Source of the DNA: Antedon mediterranea
Lineage: Eukaryota > Animalia > Echinodermata
NCBI RefSeq assembly: GCF_964355755.1
Contig: NC_092675.1
Location: 31,480,912-31,544,911, forward strand
Reading direction: 5' to 3'
DNA length: 64,000 nt
Both the position numbers and the translations under genes were made by a program. Under the pieces are notes generated by a model that saw only the letters and a program-made list of their open reading frames with translations, was not told where the DNA came from and did not search any database. Of the stretch, positions 23,815 through 34,700 are shown in pieces (positions within the stretch are counted from its first letter, which is position 1; every line of letters starts with the position of its first letter).

Positions 23815-26791
23815 GGATCCAGTCAAGTCGCCCCATCGCAAAGTCGCCCCATACAAAGTCGCCCAATACAAAGTCGCCCCATCGCAAAGTCGCCCCAAAA
23901 CAAAGTCGCCCCGGCACAGTCGCCCCATCGCAAAGTCGCCCCATTACAAAGTCGCCCCATCGCAAAGTCGCTCCATCGCAAAGTCGCCCCAACGCAAAGT
24001 CGCCCCATTGCAAAGTCGCCCACGGTTTTAATCATATTGGGTGCGTTTGATATCGATTGCGTTGTTACTTTGGTTGCGCTAAATGTCGTATACATTATAA
24101 TGTTTATCATATTATATATGTTATGCGCGATTTGAACGATTTGCGCAATTTGAAATTGCGCAAAAAAAATCCTTACGCAATTTGAATTGAAACATGTGTT
24201 TCAAATTGCGCAAGCAACGTATTAAATTGCGCAAGTAATCTGCAAATTGCGCAAGGTTTTTCGACAGATTGTGAAATCATGCACACCCATATTTTTATAG
24301 TAATTTCTAAGAATGATTCAAAATTAAAGATAAATATCGCATTTCCTTATTTTAGTAGTGCAAATATTGTTATAAGTTAGCATACCGTCGAAGAACCGAC
24401 GAAGGAAAACGAAGCGGTGGTGTTCCACCAGGCGGGCGTGGCGCGGGCGGCCGGCTATACTACTCTAGCCTAGCTAGGGTCTGGACTACTGATACTGACT
24501 AGGTTACATGGCCTAGCTTAAACTAATATTAAAAACTTAATTTTTACATTTATTTTGATTTATTTCAAGTTACAGTGATAATATTATTTAATTGTAATAA
24601 TAAATGTTATGTATTTATTATACACATGTTATCTTCGCATTTATTATGTTTTATTTTGAGTTATTTAGTTTCCAATAAATTATTATAATACCGATTGTCT
24701 GGTAGAATTTTGTTGCGCAATTTGAAAATTTACAGTTCGTTTTCAAATTGCGCAAAGGTGTCATTTTGCGCAAGAACTATCTTGCGCAATTTACAAATTG
24801 TGCAGCGCAATTTAAAATTGCGCAAAGATTTTCTTGCGCAATTTGAAATTGCGCAAGTTGATTGCGCAATTTGAAATTGCGCAAAAAAATCCTTGCGCAA
24901 TTTTAAATTGCGCAAGAATTCTTTGCGCAATTTCAAATTGCGCAAGGATTTTTTTGCGCAATTTCAAATTGCGCAAATCGTTCAAATCGCGCATAACATA
25001 TACATAATTTGTGTTTTAATTTTTATTTTACAGGTTTTAATGGAGTGATGTGCTTTTTAAAAATCATTAAAAAAAATAGTTCCTAAAAAGATTATCCCTG
25101 ATTTATAGTTTCGAAAATGTTAATTTAATATGATTTTAAAATTAGTTACCAGAGCCACAATTACGAATCTTTCTTCAACCTACGCGTGGATACCAGCTAA
25201 TTTTTTAGGATAATATAATAAATGTATAAAAATGTGTAGTACTAGTAGTAGGCCTTCGTATAGATTTACAGTAGTTAAAACAATAACAGTGTTGTGAGAC
25301 AATGAGTGTTAGGCTACTTATTGATCATTTTGCATTTATTGACAAGTTATGTGTCTTAATTTTATAATGACTTTTCAAAATGAAGAAATAAGAAAAAAGG
25401 ATTTCATCGCCGATATGATTGTTTTACATGCAGGTATTTTAGTAAAATTAAAATGCTACATTTTGACCATGGAAAAACCATCGTACAGTATCGTGTGCGT
25501 GTTTTTTAAAAAGGGGAATCCCCGACGGTCAGCAGAAAGACGTAGCAGCTGTGAGGAAACAGATACCAGAAGGCGCAGCTCCGATTGGTTTCAGAGAATG
25601 TTTCAGATGGCGAGTCGCCTTTTATTCAACAGCACAATGATAATTTTACTGAAGAAATTCTTTTCAACCCTTTTGGTTATAGAACATTCTAATTATCATG
25701 CCTAATAAATATCCTCATATCGGGTGTTTATTTAATTTTAAATTAAACAAGACACTGAAGAGGTACGGAATAATACGTACACGACGGACGTACGACGAAT
25801 ACACACACGCCCGTCATCATTTACGACATATAGTGGTGATATGATGCAATTTTATAATGGATATAATGATGGGATTGCCTTTCCAGGCTTACAATCAAGA
25901 ATCGCATCGACACAATGTAGTTGATATGGGGTTTAAAAAGGCACATCGCCTAAACTTTCCCATTATAACTAAACTAAACTAAACTAAACAATCAATGTTC
26001 ATTGTTATATGTATATAATAATAGTAAACTGAATGTTTATAAATAAATTGTTTTACGTAATTTGTTGCATATAAAATAAAAGACACAGACGTAGCCTACG
26101 TTTCCTATAAAATATTTCACATTTTAATAATTATGTACTGTTAAATGACATTATGCTGGATAATACTATAATCTTAAACTATGTTTACATATTATTAATA
26201 TAGGCCTAATAATAATAATAAATATTCACCAAAGTAAAAATGATCTAGATCGTATAACATCATTTTATCGCGACCAAAATTAAACGCAACCGATTTCGAA
26301 CGCGACTGATATCATCGTAAAACTCCGGCGGGGTTTCCCCATCTTGAGATGGTGCGTTGTAACCGGCGGAGTAATTACGGGGGTTTCCCTCTGGTAAGCT
26401 AGCACGTTAGAGTGCGACCGCGGAGTGATTAGTCGGGGGCTTCGTCTCTGATGATGGGAGTGCGTGCCGATCGTGTGACCTGAGAGTGAGACTAGGGCAT
26501 ACATGGCGGGGCTTCCCCCTTTTATGCCTACACGTTCCGTGTTATTTTGTGTATCATTGCGACATTTTACGCACTTGTAAACTATTTTTTAACGTTTTGG
26601 GGCGACTTTGCGATAGGGCGACTTTGTGATAGGGCGACTTTGCGATGGGGCGACTTTGCGATGGGGCGACTTTGCGATGGGGCGACTGTGTCGGGGCGAC
26701 TTTGTTTTGGGGCGACTTTGCGATGGGGCGACTGTGTAAGGGGCGACTTTGTATGGGGCGACTTTGCGATGGGGCGACTTGACTAGCATCC
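23815..26791. mobile_element. ~3 kb TIR element (family F) with modular ~200-bp arms of ~18-bp tandem repeats
   Basis: The left arm 23815-24020 (GGATCCAGTCAAGTCGCCCCATCGCAAAGTCGCCCC..) is inverted relative to the right arm 26598-26791 (..GGGGCGACTTGACTAGCATCC). No clear TSD and no transposase ORF. Confidence 0.8.
24119..24998. mobile_element. Ginger-like non-autonomous element (TGT..ACA, TATA flanks) nested in family F
   Basis: TIR TGTTATGCGCGATTTGAACGATTTGCGCAATTTGAAATTGCGCAAAAAA. TATA at 24115-24118 and 24999-25002. About 20 TTGCGCAA palindromes lie subterminally. Confidence 0.82.
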
Positions 26792-27136
26792 GGAATAGGC
26801 TATAGGCTAGGCCTATCATGGAGTAACTTTACTCCATGGGCCTATATAGGAGGCTAGGCCTATCTCAGTCAGTCAGTGTCATGATGTCAATTGTCAGTGT
26901 ACGGAAGTGGCTATGGCATTGCACATATGATATGATCAACCATAAATAAATTTGCATGTAATGTTTATCAAAAGTCTTCATGGCATCAATCACGTCACAT
27001 TTTTATTTTGTTTCTACAAACCCCACAGGGTACAGTAGAACATAATATTGAATAAAGCCCCAACACTCGAATAAACGCCCCAGGGCCTTTATTTATTTCC
27101 TTGAAAAAACGCCCTGCCACATGCATATTAATTTTT

Positions 27137-27921
27137 CGCCGTGGCTAAAGATACGGTACCGTATTCTAACTTCTGTTTACTAAAGGTACGGTAAAATTGC
27201 ATTACGTCATAACCAGCCAATGGGGTTCTGTACGTGTGTGACGTCATCGTATAAGGACTTTGTGGATTTTTTTCATATCGCGAAAACAGTGATCAACCGC
27301 ATTTTCTTTATGCTTTATTTATCGCTATTATCGCCGTCGTGTGTGACAAAAACTAAATGTAGCCTACGTCTGTTATTATTATTGAAAAGCCAAAACATGT
27401 TGATTTTAATTCTAGAATACAGAAAACCGTTTCAAAAGAGGCCTAGGCTAGGCCTACTATAACCTCATTATATGAGTTTGTTTGTGTAGAGGGAAAGCGA
27501 TGCCAGGCTGGGGCCAGCTGCATGTGTGCGCTGATTTCTGTGACTCGTTAGCCCTGGGGCTACTGTCTAAATCATAGTATTTGAGGGCCCCTTTATTGTC
27601 TGCATTTGCTTGTTGTTTATGGTCACCATTGTAAACAAAGTTTAATAAAAAATATAGGCCTAAATAGGCCATTTGGAATAAAAATAAAACCCTCATCTGC
27701 AGCAGCGCACACACATCCACGCAGCCTGGCGCCGCCGCCGCCGATAGCAATTCTCTACACAAACACAACAACAGACGCGATATGAAAAAAAATCCCAAGT
27801 CCTTATACGATGACGTCACACACGTACCAGCACCCCATTGGCTGATTATGACGTAATGCAATTTTACCGTACCTTTAGTAAACAGAAGTTAGAATACGGT
27901 ACCGTATCTTTAGCCACGGCG
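27137..27921. mobile_element. MULE/foldback-like MITE (family E), 785 bp
   Basis: ~145-bp near-perfect TIRs starting CGCCGTGGCTAAAGATACGGTACCGTATTC. Perfect 9-bp TSD ttaattttt at 27128-27136 and 27922-27930. Confidence 0.92.
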
Positions 27922-28147
27922 TTAATTTTTTGTATTAGTTACAATCCATTTCTTCAATTTGTAGTAGAATTCATTGATTGACATGATCTACAATTTACCT
28001 AGAGTTTTGATACAATTTTTTACTGAATTTTATCAATAAACTCCTCCCCAAAATAAATTCCTCCATCGAATAAATGATCCCCCCACCCTAAACATCACAA
28101 TAAATGAATAGTTGATTAATTTGATTACAGAGAACCAGTAATTCAGA

Positions 28148-30944
28148 ATGTCAAACTTTGAGGCAGATGTGAATAGTTTGTTAAAATTAGATAGACCAAC
28201 TTCCAGTGTTCCCACAAGAAAAAGAAAAACAGAAGAAGTGAACTGCAATGTTTCATTAAACAAAAGTATAAATGCAAGCTATAATAAAACACCTATGAAA
28301 TTGAGTAATCGCTCTTACACTTCAAAAACACCTGGAAAGACACCAAAAACACCACGAACTCAAGGTAAGTAGTCAATTGTAACAGTGCATAATAATTTGT
28401 CACTTACAATTACAATTTTACATACGTAAAGCCTAACGTATCGTAATAATTGTGTACGCAATATATGCATTGAACTAAAGAACCTTTTTCTTGAGCCACA
28501 AATAACATGTGTATTTTTTTATTTTTTTAAAGGTCATTCAAAAACACCATCTAAAACACCTGTAGGTGACCGATTTATACCAAACCGCACAGCTACTAAC
28601 TTTGATGTTGCAAACTATAAAGTATTACAACAAACTACAGCTGTACAGGATGATTGTAATAATGAACAATATATGAGTCCATCTAAGGTTGCTTTTAGAA
28701 AATCTATGAATGAAAATTTAAATGGTGACACATTGAATTCCAAGATCTTATCCTATAAAAGCAAACCCCCAACTGCACCTGAAGGTAAGAATGTATACTT
28801 ATAAATATAATGACATACCAAAAATTAATTTGAAGTTGGAGCCAAGATGATACATTGGCGTCTAAATGTATTTTGAGAAAAATGATAGCATCCTGAACAT
28901 TGATCACATTTAAGTTTTGAACACTTGACTTGACATAAATTTTTTTTATACTAACAGGGTTTCAGAATAACTTAAAAGTTTTGTACAGTCAAAATAAGAC
29001 ACCAGGATCTACACGTAAAACTGTTCGCCATATTCCACAGGTGGCAGAGAGAATATTAGATGCTCCAGACATTCTAGATGATTATTGTAAGTTAAAATAT
29101 CTTTGTAGAAAAAAAATTAGATAGACCAACTATTTCCTACACATTTCACTTCTGTGTTCTCATATCATATACTGTACCTACATAGATCATTATAACTGGC
29201 ACTACCAACACTCTGTCCACACTATACAATTTACACTATACAAAATGTGATGTACCTATATAATATATGGTCATGTGATATCACTACCATAATTGGGCAT
29301 ACCACAATTTTTTGCCAAACTAGTTTGATAGTGGACAGAGCTTTACCAAAGTGTTACAGAGTACCAAAAACATGCAAAATTATAAAACACTATTTTTTTT
29401 TTTTTTTTAAAGATTTAAACCTTATTGATTGGAGTTGCAATAATCAGCTTGCTGTGTCTCTAGCTAACAGCGTGTACATGTGGAGTGCTACAACTGGTGA
29501 CATTCAACAACTTGTACAATTGCAAAATGCAGATGAATATGTTTCATCAGTCTCATGGATAGCTGAAGGAAATTATTTAGCTGTAGGTACAAGCAATGGT
29601 GATGTACAGGTAAGCTATCAAATAAAAACAAGAGTTGATTGTAATAGTTTGTGAATAAAATTTCATATTGTATAAACTTACACACATTATCAATATGGCC
29701 TCACGGTTACCGTACATATGTGTTTGTATGTTACAGCTTTGGGATGTTGAACTACAGAAAAGACTAAGAAATATGTCAGGTCATGCAGCACGTGTTGGGG
29801 CATTAAGCTGGAACAATCACATATTATCAAGGTTAGTAACCAACTACATTTGTCATGGTCATTAATATTTTAGTATTATGTACTAAGAATATCTCATAAT
29901 GTTTTCTACTGTATTTAATAGATTTGGATTGAATCCATAGACGTCCTCAATTATCATCCATTATTTATAGATGTTGTCAATTATCTGTTTTACCTATTAT
30001 TTACAGCGGTTCTCGCAGCGGCAAGATTCATCATCATGATGTACGTGTTGCATCTCATCATGTTGGAACATCAGAAAACCACATGCAAGAAATATGCGGA
30101 CTAAAATGGTCATTGGATGGCAAAGTTTTGGCTAGTGGTGGGAATGATAACCTTTTAAATATTTGGTCAATGGCTTCACCAACTAGTCCTTTACATACAT
30201 TTACACAACATGAAGCAGCAGTTAAAGCTTTAGCATGGTGTCCATGGCAAACAGGTCTACTTGCTAGTGGTGGGGGAACTGCTGATAGACACATACGATT
30301 CTGGAATGTGAATACCGGATCATGTATTCACAGTGTTGATACAAAATCACAGGTAATTGCCATCGAATTTAGTTGTTATGTGTTATTTGATGCTACATTG
30401 TAGTCACTGCTCATATATATATATATATATGAAATAACAGTTCTTGACCACATTATTTACTTCAAGGCTTTAATAATTTGTTTTTATTTGTAAAACTTGT
30501 TAAGGTTTGTTCAATTCTGTGGTCAAAAGAACACAATGAACTAATATCAGCACATGGATTTGCACAGAACCAACTCATTATCTGGAAATATCCCACCATG
30601 CATCGTATTGCAGAACTTCTAGGTATGTTTTCATTAACCTTAATAACAGTTCCTAAAGAAAAAGCATTTGGTGTTACTGAGCATTATAACATTCAGGCTT
30701 AATAAGATAATACAACAAAAAGTATGCAATGAAACATTGAAATATTTATTTGTTTATACTTACAGGACATACACAAAGAATTTTACACATGTCTATGAGT
30801 CCAGATGGTTCAACAGTTATAACAGCTGCTGCTGATGAAACCTTGCGTTTATGGAAATGTTTTGAAATACCACAAAAAATGAAGAAGTCATCTGCATCTG
30901 CCAAGAAGCTTGGTGCTTTGAGTATGAGACAGAGCATCAGATGA
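28148..30944 (+). CDS. CDC20: Cell division cycle 20 / fizzy, APC/C co-activator (8 coding exons)
   Basis: Exons 28148-28364, 28533-28784, 28958-29086, 29413-29609, 29737-29831, 30007-30352, 30505-30622 and 30766-30944. C-box [31 protein letters not shown]40 repeats, [19 protein letters not shown]-terminal IR tail. Confidence 0.98.
29211..29342. mobile_element. Family H MITE in a CDC20 intron
   Basis: CTCTGTCCACACTAT .. ATAGTGGACAGAGCT|TTA. Confidence 0.75.
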
Positions 30945-31058
30945 CAACACTACTTTTAAATTTACAATAACAGTTTGTATGTAGATATGGAAAGAACAAA
31001 GGCAGAGAACATGTACAGGAATCACATTTTTAAAGAAATATTTTATTATTTTAAAATG

Positions 31059-31214
31059 ATTAACCAGCTGTTAATTACTATAAACATACTGTGATATATT
31101 ACAGTTTTTATTAACCAGCTGTTAATTACTATAAACATACTGTGATATATTACAGTTTTTATTAACCAGCTGTTAATTACTATAAACATACTGTGATATA
31201 TTACAGTTTTTATT
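31059..31214. repeat. 51-bp x3 tandem repeat in the CDC20 3' UTR
   Basis: Unit attaaccagctgttaattactataaacatactgtgatatattacagttttt at 31059, 31110 and 31161. Confidence 0.93.
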
Positions 31215-31776
31215 TAAGATTGGTAAGACAGGTTTATATACAGTATTTTAATCAGTTATTGTGATTTTTGTTTCAACAGTTTAACAATTATGTATTTTTA
31301 AAATGATTGCTTACTAATCAAAGTGTATCGTATACAAATTTTATTTAGAATTACTGCTTTTTATCTATAAACAAAATAAATGTTTACAGTATACACTGTG
31401 GAAAAGGACTTATTGTGGTATATCTAAAGTTGAGTTGTAGGCAGTGAGTATATAGGCTTTTCCTATACTAAAACATCAAGACAACAATCTATCACTACAC
31501 TATTTGTACAGTAATAAAAACATGGCATACATTCTATTCTAGCATCAGTCACTCTAAAAAAATTTCAATTACTATGGCCAGCCACTAAACAATCATATGT
31601 ACAATAATTGTATGTACTTCAAACAAAAGCAGATACAGGATAATTGGTCATTACTTTCTTAAATATTATAAAAAGTGGAATAACTGTAACACTACAGATA
31701 CAGTACAAACAAATTATGATTACACAATTTAACAAAAACTACATACTGTGTACTTTGTTTTAAAAGTAGAAATAAC

Positions 31777-34700
31777 TTATTTTTCACAAACAAATTGTGA
31801 TTTTAATTTACTGCACGATCTTGTTACCCATCTCATACGAGTTGAAAGACTTGCACAGTTTTTCTTTTGAGTTGATTGAGGTTCATTATTCTTCCATCTT
31901 GTAAACATTTTTGGCTCTTGTGATACCCATTCCCAGTCATCTTCTACAAACTTGTCATTGATACCTAAAACATTGGTTATTTAAATAAATAATTCTTGTC
32001 TACACTGTCAAATTTTATGTGCCAAAAAACTGTGATTTGGACATGATGATGTCATAATATCGCTCGTATTGATTGACGCATAGCCATGTGGAGCGTTGTG
32101 AAAAGAAAAAATTGGCTTTGATTACCAGCATCGGACCTGTACCGTAAAGGGTCTTTCACACCTGTTCCGGCACGGTTCCGATCCGGCGCCGGAAAATCCA
32201 ATCGAACGCCAATGTTTCGTTTTCACGCGGCTACGCACATATCGATTGGCGCATAGCCGCGTGAAAACAAAACATTGATGTTCGATTCGCCGGACCGGAA
32301 CCGTGCCGGAACAGGTGTGAAAGACCCTTAACAGGTGTGAAAGACCCTTTAAACATTAACAGTATAAAAAATGATAAAACCTGAAAATTATTGATTAATT
32401 TACACTACTCTCCAACATTTATAAATGTTTTAACCTACTGAAACATTGATTAAGTTATTACCTATCCATATTTCTTGTCCACCGATGAAATTTTGAACCC
32501 ATTTCTGATGATATTTTGAAGTGATTGTAACCAAGTTGCCACCATATCTTAAATTAAATTTGACATTGTCAATTCTACGCAACACAAACAAAATATATAT
32601 CATCTAAAACAAGTCTGTTACCATAACTTACTGTAAAGCTCTATCTACAGTATCAAACTTTATGTGACAAAAAAAGATTGATGTACCCAAATATGATAGT
32701 GATATGCTTAAATATGGTAGTGATATGACATCATGTCCATGTATAGACATCACATTTTTTCGTCGCATAAAGTTTGATAGTGTAGACAGAGCTTAACAAC
32801 ATGTAGTTCAGTTAATTAAAATAAATGTTGGTTTGATATTACTATAAAACTTACTGTTCCCTGCAGGTTCTTTGAGCATCATTCCATGTTTTTAAGTCCG
32901 ATGACAAGTAGTAACATTTTCCATTGTAATTTGACCAACCTTTATTACAACAAATAAAACTGATTTGGAATCATTCTGTTTTAAATGAATTCTAATACTG
33001 TAATACTTTTGTTAAAATAATTTTATAGTTGAGCTATACCATGGCCAATGATCTGTAACTATATACCATGGCCAATGATCTGTAACTATATACCATGGCC
33101 AATGATCTGTAACTATATACCATGGCCAATGATCTGTAACTATATACCATGGCCAATGATCTGTAACTATATACCATGGCCAATGATCTGTAACTATATA
33201 CCATGCCCAATGATCTGTAACTATATACCATGGCCAATGATCTGTAACTATATACCATGCCCAATGATCTGTAACTATATACCATGGCCAATGATCTGTA
33301 ACTATATACCATGGCCAATGATCTGTAACTATATACCATGGCCAATGATCTGTAACTATATACCATGGCCAATGATCTGTAACTATATACCATGGCCAAT
33401 GATCTGTAACTATATACCATGGCCAATGATCTGTAACTATATACCATGGCCAATGATCTGTAACTATATACCATGGCCAATGATCTGTAACTATATACCA
33501 TGGCCAATGATCTGTAACTATATACCATGGCCAATGATCTGTAACTATATACCATGGCCAATGATCTGTAACTATATACCATGGCCAATGATCTGTAACT
33601 ATATACCATGGCCAATGATCTGTAACTATATACCATGGCCAATGATCTGTAACTATATACCATGGCCAATGATCTGTAACTATATACCATGGCCAATGAT
33701 CTGTAACTATATACCATGGCCAATGATCTGTAACTATATACCATGGCCAATGATCTGTAACTATATACCATGGCCAATGATCTGTAACTATATACCATGC
33801 CCAATGATCTGTAACTATATACCATGGCCAATGATCTGTAACTATATACCATGGCCAATGATCTGTAACTATATACCATGGCCAATGATCTGTAACTATA
33901 TACCATGGCCAATGATCTGTAACTATATACCATGGCCAATGATCTGTAACTAATTTACACAGTATGGGTAGTCTAGGGTCTCCATTACGACAAGACGACG
34001 AGTAAAATTACATTTAATTATTTAACTGGTCCGCCACACATTTAACTGGCCATTGACTGGCGGCGGACCAGTGTTATTGCAAACGCTGGTATTATTCAAT
34101 TCAACAACCAGTAACATTTTAAAAACATTAAAAATATCATCCAACCTATCTAATGCATTAGTTATATTCACTTTGGTGAAGTTTATGCCAGCAGTTAAGT
34201 GCATTAATTATAGAAGCCCACCAATACAGTTTATATTCCAGTATTGGGGCAGTCTGCTGGATTATAACCAATATTATGTATACTACTGTTTAAAATAGCT
34301 TACCTTGTTCACAAGGGCTGTTATCTGTACCATCATCATCTTGTGATATCTGCCATTCTTCCCAAGTTTGTCCATTACATTCATACACAGCAGTGGTTGA
34401 GCTATCAACATACAATTCACCAATGTTGTTTTGTGAACAAGCTTTTTTAACGAATGGCTACAAAATATAAACATGTGTTAAAACAGCATTGTGTTTTGAA
34501 TACACCAAATATACAAAGCGTATAATAATAGAAAACATTGTTATATGAAATATCATTTATACCTGTGAAGATGGGGGTATATCTGACCTATCTTGTTGGA
34601 GTTGCTGAAGAAGTCCCAAAAATGAACTTGATTTTCCATCTTGATTTTTTGCGTCAGTTATACCAGAATTCACAGCAGCATCTTCTTGTGCAACTCCTCC

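Noticed and set aside
23766-26819. ORFs rich in KSP/VAP/GRL/WGD and LRNFKLRK
   Set aside because: They arise from tandem repeats in transposon arms.
23388-31470. miR-449/34 cluster expected by analogy with CDC20B introns
   Set aside because: No mature-like sequence was seen in the CDC20 introns. AGGCAGTG at ~31439 sits in only a tiny hairpin. A covariance search would be needed to exclude it fully.
33034-33953. Two 301-aa ORFs (MICNYIPWP / MVYSYRSLA repeats)
   Set aside because: These are translations of a 27-bp intronic minisatellite, with no splice or promoter context.
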